In this document: piece after piece, positions 48,499 to 57,731 of the stretch | How the letters are laid out: every line of letters begins with the position of its first letter | Numbering within the stretch: position 1 is the first letter of the stretch | Source of the DNA: an uncultured Gemmatimonadales bacterium | GTDB taxonomy: Bacteria > Gemmatimonadota > Gemmatimonadetes > Gemmatimonadales > GWC2-71-9 | Assembly (NCBI GenBank): GCA_963779755.1 | Contig: CAVZZO010000001.1 | Coordinates: 480,001 to 544,000 of the forward strand | DNA length: 64,000 nucleotides | Reading direction: 5' to 3' | Notes under the pieces: model-generated | The model's input: the letters and a program-made list of their open reading frames with translations, nothing else | Told to the model about the DNA's origin: nothing | Databases searched by the model: none | Made by a program: the position numbers and the translations under genes

Positions 48499-51273
48499 AT
48501 GACGGACATGGCAGGCCGCCTCGACGCGGCCCTCGCCGGCCGCTACCGCATCGAGCGTGAGCTCGGCCAGGGCGGCATGGCCACGGTCTACCTGGCGCAG
48601 GACCTCAAACACGACCGCCGGGTGGCGCTCAAGGTCCTGCGGCCGGATCTCGCGGCCATCCTGGGGCCGGAGCGCTTCCTCAAGGAAATCCGTCTCACCG
48701 CCAACCTGCAGCACCCGCATATCCTGCCGCTGCTGGATTCCGGTCAAGTTGAAGGGACCTGGCTGGTCGAAGGTCAAAGGTCGAAGGTCGAAGGGGAGAG
48801 TCCACGTACCGCCATACCGCCCTACCGCCATACCGCCCTGTTCTACGTCATGCCCTTCGTCGAGGGCGAGTCGCTCCGCGACCGGCTCTCCCGGGAGCAC
48901 CAGCTGGGCATTGACGAGGCTGTGCGCATCGCCACCGAGGTGGCGGACGCCCTGAGCTACGCCCACGGACAGGGAGTGATCCACCGGGACATCAAGCCGG
49001 AGAATATCCTGCTCTACGGCGGCCACGCGCTGGTGGCGGATTTCGGGATCGCGCTGGCGGCCAGCCGCTCGGAAGGCGCCGCGCGGATTACCGAGACCGG
49101 CATCAGTCTGGGAACCCCGGCGTACATGGCGCCGGAGCAGGCCATGGGCGAGCGGGACCTTACCCCCCGGGCCGATATCTATTCCCTGAGCTGCGTCCTG
49201 TATGAGATGCTGGCCGGCGACCCGCCGTTCCAGGGCGGCTCGGCTCAGGCGATCGTGGCCAAGGTGCTGACCGAGCGCGCCCCGCTGGTTTCGGCGGGGC
49301 GGGAGACGGTGCCGCGACACATCGCCGCCGCGGTCCACAAGGGCCTTGCCCGCCTGCCCGCCGACCGGTTTCCCACCGCGGCGGCGTTTGCGGATGCGCT
49401 GGCGCGTCCAGGTTTGAGTTCCGGGCCCGATACGATACCGCTGCAGCCTGGGGAGATGTCTTCCGCCGGTTTCCTCCGACGCTACGCCGCGGTGCTGGGA
49501 CTGTCGGCGGCCTTGGTCCTGCTGCTGGCCTTTGTGCTCGGGAGCCGGTCGCGGAGGCCTCCGCCCGGCCCGCTCCTGCGCATTCCGGTCGCGCTTCCGG
49601 AGGGACAGGGCATCGCCCTCGGGGCTGGTCCCGCCGTTGCGCTTGCCCCCGATGCATCCCGCCTGGTGTATCTCGGGGCAACACCCAATGGCGTGCAACT
49701 CCGCCTATGGTCGCTGAACTCGCTCGCTACGGATTCCATCCCCGGGACCGCCGGGGCGGCGGGGCCGGTATTCTCACCCGACGGCAGGTCCCTCGCATTC
49801 TGGCAAGACGGGGTCCTGAAGTCCTTGTCCCTTCAGGGCGGCCTGGGGGTGGAGGTCGCCGATTCCGCCACTATTCTGGGAGACGACTGGGGTCCCGACG
49901 GCTATATCTACTATGCCCGCGCCGGTGACAGACCAGGTATCTCGCGAGTTCGCGCGACAGGCGGGCCGCCCGAGATCGTCAGCACCGCCGATACCAGCCG
50001 GGGCGAGACCGATCACCGCTGGGTCAGCGTGCTGCCGAACGGCCGAGGGGTGTTGTTCACCGCGTGGCGCGGCAACTACGACCGGTCGGACATCGAGATC
50101 GCAGATTTTGGAAACGGCCGTACCAGAGTTCTCACCAAAGGCATCTTCGCGCGGGTTGCTCCCACCGGCTATCTCATCGTGATCAAGGGCGACCACAGCC
50201 TCTGGGCGGCCCCGTTCGATCTGGGTGCCCTGAAGCTTTCGGGGCGGGAAGTGCCCCTGCTCAAGGGGGTCAACGTCAAGAACGGAGGGGCCTCGGATCT
50301 TTCCCTGGCCAGGAGCGGCACACTGGCCTACGTCACCGGGGAAACACCGGTAGAGGAGTTGGTGTGGGTGGCCCGGGACGGCTCGGAGCAGGCGATAGAT
50401 CCGGCACTGCGCGGGAACTTCGGCTCGGTTGCCCTTTCGCCGGACGGGAGCCGCATCGCGTTGAGCAACTGGGCGGAGTCCTCGGAAAACCTCTGGATCT
50501 ATGATGTCGCCCGCCGGGCCCTCTCCCGCCTGACCTTCGACGGCGTGCGGAACCGCCGGCCGGAATGGAGCCTGGACGGAGCGAGCATCACGTATTCCTC
50601 GGATCGTGCCGGTGAGCTGACGCTCTGGCGCGTCTCGGCCGACGGTGGCGCTCCGGTCCCGGTCCTCCCGGCCTCGGTGCACGATCAGGCTCAGGAGGCC
50701 ACCTGGACGCCCGATGGCGCGTTGCTGGTCTTTCGCCGCGGACCGGGGGGAGGCGGCAGCCCCGACCTGATGGTGTTTCGCCCCGGCCGTGACAGCCTTG
50801 CCCGCCCACTGCTGACTTCGCGTTTCTCGGAGTTCGCGCCCCACCTGTCTCCCGATGGCCGCTGGCTCGCGTATGTATCGAATGAGTCCGGCCGCCGGGA
50901 GGTCTATGTCCGGTCCTTCCCGGAGACCGGTGGAAAATGGCAGGTTTCAACGGACGGGGGGGCCGAGCCGGTCTGGAGCCGGAGCGGCGAGGAGTTGTTC
51001 TATCGGTCGGCGGACGGGGAATTGATGTCGGCCTCGGTCCGGCAACAACCGTCGTTCGCGGTCCTCTCACGGCGGGCCCTCTTCTCTGCCTCGGGCTACG
51101 CCACGGATGAGGGCCACGCCTTGTACGGGGTTACTCCCGACGCACAGCACTTCCTCATGGTAAAGGTGCTCAAGGGCACCCCCGGAGAGCCGGACCTTGG
51201 CGCCAGGGCATATCAGCTGGTCCTTGTCCTCAACTGGTTCCAGGACCTGACCCGCGCCGAATCACGGCGGTGA
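48499..51273 (+). CDS. Ser/Thr kinase - TM - beta-propeller with a repeat-derived insertion in the kinase N-lobe
   Basis: Kinase motifs; 26-aa insert between DSGQVEGT and FYVMP; TM; SPDG repeats. Confidence 0.94.
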   Translation: MTDMAGRLDAALAGRYRIERELGQGGMATVYLAQDLKHDRRVALKVLRPDLAAILGPERFLKEIRLTANLQHPHILPLLDSGQVEGTWLVEGQRSKVEGESPRTAIPPYRHTALFYVMPFVEGESLRDRLSREHQLGIDEAVRIATEVADALSYAHGQGVIHRDIKPENILLYGGHALVADFGIALAASRSEGAARITETGISLGTPAYMAPEQAMGERDLTPRADIYSLSCVLYEMLAGDPPFQGGSAQAIVAKVLTERAPLVSAGRETVPRHIAAAVHKGLARLPADRFPTAAAFADALARPGLSSGPDTIPLQPGEMSSAGFLRRYAAVLGLSAALVLLLAFVLGSRSRRPPPGPLLRIPVALPEGQGIALGAGPAVALAPDASRLVYLGATPNGVQLRLWSLNSLATDSIPGTAGAAGPVFSPDGRSLAFWQDGVLKSLSLQGGLGVEVADSATILGDDWGPDGYIYYARAGDRPGISRVRATGGPPEIVSTADTSRGETDHRWVSVLPNGRGVLFTAWRGNYDRSDIEIADFGNGRTRVLTKGIFARVAPTGYLIVIKGDHSLWAAPFDLGALKLSGREVPLLKGVNVKNGGASDLSLARSGTLAYVTGETPVEELVWVARDGSEQAIDPALRGNFGSVALSPDGSRIALSNWAESSENLWIYDVARRALSRLTFDGVRNRRPEWSLDGASITYSSDRAGELTLWRVSADGGAPVPVLPASVHDQAQEATWTPDGALLVFRRGPGGGGSPDLMVFRPGRDSLARPLLTSRFSEFAPHLSPDGRWLAYVSNESGRREVYVRSFPETGGKWQVSTDGGAEPVWSRSGEELFYRSADGELMSASVRQQPSFAVLSRRALFSASGYATDEGHALYGVTPDAQHFLMVKVLKGTPGEPDLGARAYQLVLVLNWFQDLTRAESRR

Positions 51274-51294
51274 TCCGGCCGGGCCGTGAGCTTT

Positions 51295-52121
51295 CGCCGG
51301 GGCTCTCGACTGCGAATGGCTTGAGTGAATCCACAGATTACACAGATTGACACGGATTGCGCTCCGCGCTGTGGCAACGCTCCACCAAGGCCGGCCTGAA
51401 CCCCCACATAGCACAGCAATTCTCACTTGTTCGAAGGCCCGGCAAGGCCCTACGGAGCGACGCCGGAAATCGGAGCAGAATCTGTGTGACTCTGTGTAAT
51501 CTGTGGATCCCCCTGCTGTTGCTGAGCTCAGCCCTGGCCGGATGCGAGCTAACAGGGCACATGATGGTGGGGCGGGGCTTGCGCCGGGCCCGTCGAACGC
51601 GAATGGCTTGAGTGAATCCACAGATTACACAGATTGACACGGACTGCGCTCCGCGCTGTGGCAACACTCCACCAAGGCCGTTCCTGAGCACCCACAAAGC
51701 ACAGCAATTCTCATTTGTTCGAAGGCCCGGCAAGGCTCCACGGAGCGACGCCGGAAATCGGAGCAGAATCTGTGTGAATCTGTGTAATCTGTGGATCCCC
51801 CTGCTGTTGCTGAGCTCAGCCCTGGCCGGATGCGAGCTGACAGGGCACATGATGGTGGGGCGGGGCTTGCGCCAGGGCTCTCGACTGCGAATGGCTTGAG
51901 TGAATCCACAGATTACACAGGTTGACACGGATTGCGCTCCGCGCGGTGGCAACGCTCCACCAAGGCCGTTCCTGAGCACCCACAAAGCACAGCAATTCTC
52001 ATTTGTTCGAAGGCCCGGCAAGGCTCCACGGAGCGACGCCGGAAATCGGAGCAGAATCTGTGTGAATCTGTGTAATCTGTGGATCCCCCTGCTGTTGCTG
52101 AGCTCAGCCCTGCCTGGATGC
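51295..52121. repeat. Tandem array of about 2.9 units of 287-288 bp, each with ~30-bp inverted arms made of 9-mers
   Basis: GTGAATCC at 51325, 51612 and 51900; arms ATCCACAGATTACACAGATT... and ...AATCTGTGTAATCTGTGGAT. Confidence 0.95.
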
Positions 52122-53168
52122 CGGCCAACAGGCGCCGAGCTGGCCGGTTCTCATGTCATTCCTCATCCCGTCCCCGCCTCGGCGCCGGAAGTCCGATACT
52201 ACCGCGCGGCGGAACGGCAGGGAACAGTCGCGATTGATGGTAGGCTGGATGACTCGGCCTGGGCCACGGCGCCCTGGAGCCCCGACTTCGTGGACATCGA
52301 AGGCAGCCGCGCGCCGGCGCCGCGCTATTCCACCCGGATCAAGCTGATGTGGGACAGCACCGCACTGTACATCGGGGCCCGGCTGGAGGACCCCGATCTC
52401 TGGGGGACCCTGCGAACCCGCGACACGGTGATCTTTCTGGACAACGATTTCGAGGTGTTTCTCGATCCCGACGGCGATACCCATCACTACTACGAGATGG
52501 AAATCAATCAGCTGGGCACGGTATGGGACCTGCTCCTGGTGAAGCCCTACCGCGACGGTGGCCCGGCGGTGACCAGTTGGGATGTCGCCGGGCTGCGGAG
52601 CGCGGTACATCTCGAGGGCACGATCAACCAGCCGGCCGACCGGGACAGCGGCTGGACGGTCGAGCTGGCCATCCCCTGGAAGGCCCTGGGTGAACCCGTG
52701 CCGTCCGAAGGTGCGCGCTGGCGGGTGAATTTCTCCCGGGTGCAGTGGACCCTGGACACGGCCGGCGGGAGCTACCACAAGCGGCTGGATCCGCACACCG
52801 GCAAGCCGCTGCCGGAGGCGAACTGGGTCTGGTCTCCCCAACTGGCGGTCAACATGCACATGCCGGAGATGTGGGGCGTGGTGGAGTTCACCACCGGCCG
52901 CGGTGCCATGGCGGTATCCGCCCCGGTTACCGCTGACGATCGGGCGCGCTGGACACTGCGGCGGGTGTATTACGCCGAGCGGGCGCGGTTTTCCCAGATG
53001 GGTAGCTACAGTGGCGACCTCGAAGCGCTCGGCCTGAAAGACGGCGGACAAGATATCCATCTGGAGCTGACTGTCGGCGGCTGGCAGGCGACGCTGCCGT
53101 CAGGAAGCACTCCGTGGCACATCCGGCAGGACGGGCTCGTCTGGGCCGATGCAGGAGGCCGCCCGTGA
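52062..53168 (+). CDS. CBM9-like (carbohydrate-binding family 9-like) probable lipoprotein
   Basis: IDGRLDDSAW, KLMWDSTALYI, DNDFEVFLDPDG, WTVELAIPW, WRVNFSR, NWVWSP, MHMPEMWG; LLLLSSALPGC; start uncertain (GTG 52062 or 51900). Confidence 0.85.
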   Translation: MNLCNLWIPLLLLSSALPGCRPTGAELAGSHVIPHPVPASAPEVRYYRAAERQGTVAIDGRLDDSAWATAPWSPDFVDIEGSRAPAPRYSTRIKLMWDSTALYIGARLEDPDLWGTLRTRDTVIFLDNDFEVFLDPDGDTHHYYEMEINQLGTVWDLLLVKPYRDGGPAVTSWDVAGLRSAVHLEGTINQPADRDSGWTVELAIPWKALGEPVPSEGARWRVNFSRVQWTLDTAGGSYHKRLDPHTGKPLPEANWVWSPQLAVNMHMPEMWGVVEFTTGRGAMAVSAPVTADDRARWTLRRVYYAERARFSQMGSYSGDLEALGLKDGGQDIHLELTVGGWQATLPSGSTPWHIRQDGLVWADAGGRP

Positions 53169-54238
53169 AACGGCGTGCCTTCGTCGGCTCGGTCGCCGCC
53201 GGCTTGCTGGCGGCCCGCCTTCCGCGGAATGTCTCCCGCCGGAGTGCCGGCGGCCCGCGCCACTGGGTCTGGGCCCATGCCAATGACGACCCGGTGAATG
53301 CCTGGCGTGGCAAGTTCGCCCGGCTGCGCACTGCCGGCATCGACGGCGTTCTGGTCACCGGCGGCGACGCGGAGCAGCTGGCCGCCGCGGCGCACGTGGA
53401 AGGGCTAGCCTTCCACCGCTGGACCTGGATCATGAATCGGACTGGCGACGCCTGGGTGAAGGAGCATCACCCCGAATGGTTCAGCGTAAGCCGAAAGGGT
53501 GAATCGTCGCTCACCCACCCGCCCTATGTCGGGTACTACCAGTGGCTCTGCCCCAGCCGGCCGGAGGTGCGGGAATATCTCCGGGGCAAGGTAGAGGAGG
53601 AGGCGTTCCATCCGTCGGTGGACGGAGTGCATCTCGACTATATCCGCTATCCCGACGTGATCCTCCCCCGGGGCCTGTGGGCGAAGTACGGCCTGGTGCA
53701 GGATCACGAGATGCCGGAATACGACTTCTGCTACTGTGATGTATGCCGGGAGGCGTTCCGGCGTCAGAGCGGGCGGGACCCGCTGCGGCTGGCCGAGCCT
53801 GCGGCCGATCCGGAGTGGCGATCCTACCGCTGGAACAGCATCACCGACGTGGTCCGGGTACTCGCCACCTCGGCGCATGCTCGAGGCAAGGAGATTTCGG
53901 CGGCGGTCTTTCCCACGCCGGCGCTGGCCCGCAAGCTGGTGCGCCAGGCCTGGGACCAGTGGCCCCTGGACCGGGTCTTTCCCATGCTGTATCACAAGTT
54001 CTATCTGGAGGACGTGGCCTGGATCGGCCGCTCGGCTGCCGAGGGCGTGGCGGCGCTGCAGGGAGCCTTCCCCTTGCATGCCGGGCTCTATCTGCCGGAC
54101 CTGCCGCCGGCGGAATTGGGCCGGGCGATCCTCTCGGCCCGGGAGGGCGGTGTCGCCGGCGTATCATTATTCGATGCGGGAGGCTTGAAGGAGGAGCACC
54201 TTCCCGTCCTGCGGCAGGCGCTGCGCGACTGGACCTGA
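53165..54238 (+). CDS. Tat-exported glycoside hydrolase-like protein (GHL10/DUF187-like TIM barrel)
   Basis: GTGA overlap; KRRAFV Tat motif; WLCPSRPEVR, VDGVHLDYIRYP, SAAVFP, PMLY. Confidence 0.8.
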   Translation: MKRRAFVGSVAAGLLAARLPRNVSRRSAGGPRHWVWAHANDDPVNAWRGKFARLRTAGIDGVLVTGGDAEQLAAAAHVEGLAFHRWTWIMNRTGDAWVKEHHPEWFSVSRKGESSLTHPPYVGYYQWLCPSRPEVREYLRGKVEEEAFHPSVDGVHLDYIRYPDVILPRGLWAKYGLVQDHEMPEYDFCYCDVCREAFRRQSGRDPLRLAEPAADPEWRSYRWNSITDVVRVLATSAHARGKEISAAVFPTPALARKLVRQAWDQWPLDRVFPMLYHKFYLEDVAWIGRSAAEGVAALQGAFPLHAGLYLPDLPPAELGRAILSAREGGVAGVSLFDAGGLKEEHLPVLRQALRDWT

Positions 54239-54244
54239 CTCTGC

Positions 54245-54844
54245 CTATTGCTTTGCCCGGAAGCGGCGCACCCGGATCTCGTTGCCGCAGTCGGTGGAGG
54301 AGCACCAGCGGCGGCTGCCATTGCGGCTCCGGTCAATGAAGAGCCAGCCGCAGGGATGGTTGCCGCACTGGCGCAGCCGCCCCGGCGGCGGATGGCGCAG
54401 GAGCTCGACCGCCGCGAGTACGATCGGATAGAGGGGCAGAAGCAGGTCGTCCGTGCCGGGCCAGGTGAACACCAGCGCGGTTCCGGACCATTCCGCCGCC
54501 GCTGTCCGCAGCGCCCGCAACTCTTCTTCCCGCAGCTGCTCCAGGTCCGCCGCCGCCGGGTTCTTCCCGCTGGCGACTGCGGCAAGGATCCGGTAGAGCA
54601 ACTCCCGCACCTCGATCGCATGCTTCAGGGCGCGTCCCGCCTGCTGCGGGTGCTGTATGGCGAGCGACGACAGCCGGTTGGCTCTCGCCGGCGCCAGCAG
54701 CCCGGCGTGGCGGAACCACTCGAGCAGCGCACCATAGTCGGTGAGCCACTCGGTGCGATCCGCCGAGGCGTGCCAGCCCGCGGTATTGGTGAAATCCAGC
54801 GCGGGGTGCCCGCCGATAAGAGCCAGGGAACCTGCCTGAGCCAT
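54245..54844 (-). CDS. ABATE/CGNR zinc-finger protein
   Basis: GGHPALDFTNT; RLRQCGNHPCGWLFIDRSRNGSRRWCSSTDCGN. Confidence 0.92.
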   Translation of the reverse strand: MAQAGSLALIGGHPALDFTNTAGWHASADRTEWLTDYGALLEWFRHAGLLAPARANRLSSLAIQHPQQAGRALKHAIEVRELLYRILAAVASGKNPAAADLEQLREEELRALRTAAAEWSGTALVFTWPGTDDLLLPLYPIVLAAVELLRHPPPGRLRQCGNHPCGWLFIDRSRNGSRRWCSSTDCGNEIRVRRFRAKQ

Positions 54845-54890
54845 CCCCGAATCTATCCCGCCGCGCTTTCCCTCAGGAGGGGTCGCGCGG

Positions 54891-57578
54891 TCAGGCGCCT
54901 ATCCAGTAGCTCACCTTGAGCTGGAGCGCATCGCCCGAGGGAGCGGACCAGAGATGCCGCAGGTCCCGGCTCAGCCGGAAAGGCAGCGCCTCGCCAGTGG
55001 CCTGCTCGTGCGTCCACACCAGGAACAGGGTCGAGCCGGGGCGAAACTCCCAGCGCAACAGCAGATTCAGGTGCGCGTCACGCTGGGAGAAGGACGGATC
55101 ACCGAAGACGTACGCGGTTGCCGTTCCCTGGTCAACCAGGTAATCGTCGGCGGCGCTGCGGGTCAGCCGCGCCGGTGCGATGGGCCGCACCCGGTCAACC
55201 GGCCGGCTTGCCTCCGGAGCCACCACCTCCTGGAACCGGTCGAACGTCCCGCCGCTCAGAAATACCTGGCCGTACAGCTGCAGGGTGAGGTGGGCCGAGA
55301 AGGCGAGCGTCGCCCGGGCGGTCAGCGAGGTGGTGACCTGCCGCAGCCGTCCCACCAGGAAATGGGCCCCGCCGGCGGAATCCACGGCCTGCGCCGCGTA
55401 CTGCCAGGACTCGCGCGCAGCGTCGAGTTCCGGGGACAGGCCGACCTGCAGCCGGTCGGTGAGGAAGGCGCTGAAGTCGGCCTGGGCGCTACCGGTGACG
55501 GACCCGGTCGCCGCTTCGCGCTCGCCGGCCAGCTGCAGTGTGGCCTGCCAGCGGCGGCGCGTGTCGGTATAGGCCGTGAGGGTAAGACGATTTCTGCCCG
55601 GCAACCGGAAGGCCGGACCGCCGCGCAGGACCTCCGGGTCGGTGGCTGGAAACTCGCGGTCGAAGGCCAGGGATCCGCCCCAGTAGTTTTGCAGGTCGAG
55701 TCCCGCCTTGAGGCCGGCGACCGCGGCGCGCCGCCGGCCGGCAAAGGTCCAGCCCACGCCGACCTGGTCGGACCCGATGTACCACCGGCGGACGAAGGCG
55801 CCGGGATGATACCTAAGAAACTTCCAGTGCGCCGTCGCGAGGAGCCAGTCGGCGTTGCGCTGGAATCCCAGATCATTGGATTCGAACCCGGGGCTCACCA
55901 GGAGACCCGCAAGCCCCCACTGCAGGCGGCCCTCGATCCGGTCGGCGGCCAGCTGGGCGCTGATGCCGGACATGGTCGCGGCGCTGTCCACCGCCGCGCG
56001 CAGTCCGAGATGTCTGGGCTCCCGCCGCAGGGCCGCGATGTGTGCCGGCGTGCCGCTGACCCGGCTGGCGAGGGCCGCACCGGACAGCTCCCATGCCCCG
56101 CCGGCCACGCGGATGCGGCCGTCCGTCCCCAGCACCAGCGCGCCGCGGGCCAGGGTCGAATCCACCCCATCATGCATGTTGAGCCGGCCGGTGAAGGTCG
56201 CCATCGCCCCCAGTTCTCCTTTGCCGTCGGCCGATTCCCGTCTCACCCGCGCGGCGGTGAAATGGGTGAGCGGCGCCAGCATCTCCCGATCCGCCACCCC
56301 TGACCGGCTGAAGCGCGCGTACTCGGCCCCGGTCCACGCCTGGAGTATCCCTCCAGACCAGCCCGAGGCCGTCCGGCCCGTGGCACGGAAGGCGCCCAGC
56401 ACCCCCGTTGCCTCCGGCCGGCGGCATCCCGTCACCGCCGCCGGGCAGCCTCGCACCGGAGCGCGCCCGATGCGGCGGGAGTAGAAGGGGCTCTCTTGGG
56501 CGAAGCTGGTCCCCCGAGCGGAGAACTCCAGCGGCCGGCCGAAGCGGAAGATCTGGGCATCGTCCACGAACAGCGGACGCTGCTCGGCGAGGAAGGTCTC
56601 AAAGGTGGTGAGATTGATCTGGGAGGGATCGGCTTCCACCTGCCCGAAATCCGGGTGGAGCGACAGTGCCAGGGTGGTGGCCGAGCCCGGGCGGTAGCGG
56701 ATATCGGCGCCTACCCTGCCGGCGGTCTCGAATCCTCCCGTCCCGCCGGGAAGGCCGATCGCCGCGCGCGAGCCGGTGACCGCCGAGTAGGGCACGATCT
56801 GAAGGGCGCCGGTGCCAGGCGGTGCCGCCAGGATCAGCCGGTTGAAATGGGAGACCACGCCGGTGATGCTGGGCAACCGGGGGGACCAGTTGGAGGACTC
56901 TCCCCGGTGGGGGGAGTAACGATAGAAGTTGATCCCCCAGGATATCGGCACCCCCGGCTGCGTGGCTGCCAGGCTCAGCTGAGAAAAAGGAATCCGGTAC
57001 TCGGCCGACCAGCCCAGACTATCCGTGGTGGCGGCCGCTTCCCAGACGCCGTTCCAGGCGCCGTCGTAGTCCACATCGTTGGACCAGGCCCCGTCCGCCT
57101 GGACGCCGCGCGGGTTCACTCCGAAGCTGAAACCGCTGCGCCGGTCGAAGCGGGAATCGATCTCCACGAAGACCCAGTCGGAGGTCGTTTCATCATCCCG
57201 CCGGGGGTAGGGCGCCAGGATGGAATCGGGATGCGGATCATACAGGCGCACGGCCACATAGAGCGCCTGATCATCGAACAGCACGCGCGCCTCGCTGGGC
57301 AGGGTGGCCAAAGCGCCGGGTGCCGGGGTGCTCTGCACGAAGTCGGTCGCCGGAGCGGCGCCCCGCCAGGCGGCGTCATCCAGCCGGCCGTCCACCCGGG
57401 GCGGGGCGCCTGTGATATGGCCAGCCTCGAGCGTCCGGGACAGCAGCGCCGCGGCGTGGCGCGCGCTTGAATCCTGGGACGCTCCCGGGAGGGCCGGGCT
57501 CTGGGCCGCGAGGTGGCGCGGGGCGGCGAGGGCCGAGATGAGCAGCAGGCAGGAAACGGGGCCGCGACAGACTGGCAT
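54891..57578 (-). CDS. Secreted DUF5916-like protein with an N-terminal CBM9-like domain
   Basis: Signal peptide; VDGRLDDAAW, WSAEYRIPFSQL, PDFGQVEADP, FYSRRIG, RWEFRPGSTLFLVW, KVSYW. Confidence 0.85.
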   Translation of the reverse strand: MPVCRGPVSCLLLISALAAPRHLAAQSPALPGASQDSSARHAAALLSRTLEAGHITGAPPRVDGRLDDAAWRGAAPATDFVQSTPAPGALATLPSEARVLFDDQALYVAVRLYDPHPDSILAPYPRRDDETTSDWVFVEIDSRFDRRSGFSFGVNPRGVQADGAWSNDVDYDGAWNGVWEAAATTDSLGWSAEYRIPFSQLSLAATQPGVPISWGINFYRYSPHRGESSNWSPRLPSITGVVSHFNRLILAAPPGTGALQIVPYSAVTGSRAAIGLPGGTGGFETAGRVGADIRYRPGSATTLALSLHPDFGQVEADPSQINLTTFETFLAEQRPLFVDDAQIFRFGRPLEFSARGTSFAQESPFYSRRIGRAPVRGCPAAVTGCRRPEATGVLGAFRATGRTASGWSGGILQAWTGAEYARFSRSGVADREMLAPLTHFTAARVRRESADGKGELGAMATFTGRLNMHDGVDSTLARGALVLGTDGRIRVAGGAWELSGAALASRVSGTPAHIAALRREPRHLGLRAAVDSAATMSGISAQLAADRIEGRLQWGLAGLLVSPGFESNDLGFQRNADWLLATAHWKFLRYHPGAFVRRWYIGSDQVGVGWTFAGRRRAAVAGLKAGLDLQNYWGGSLAFDREFPATDPEVLRGGPAFRLPGRNRLTLTAYTDTRRRWQATLQLAGEREAATGSVTGSAQADFSAFLTDRLQVGLSPELDAARESWQYAAQAVDSAGGAHFLVGRLRQVTTSLTARATLAFSAHLTLQLYGQVFLSGGTFDRFQEVVAPEASRPVDRVRPIAPARLTRSAADDYLVDQGTATAYVFGDPSFSQRDAHLNLLLRWEFRPGSTLFLVWTHEQATGEALPFRLSRDLRHLWSAPSGDALQLKVSYWIGA

Positions 57579-57731
57579 TTTCACCTCTGAGGTAATGGGC
57601 AAGAATACGTTAGCTCATTACCGAGGGTTTCGCACCCGGGGTGGTGCCCGGGGCGCATACTGCCGCCCGTCCCACTTCGCTACATTCCGATCATTCCCAC
57701 ACAGCCGCGCTTTTCTCCTTCAGGGGAGCCC

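Noticed and set aside
51295..52121. CRISPR array
   Set aside because: Whole 288-bp units repeat, interiors included; there are no unique spacers and no cas genes
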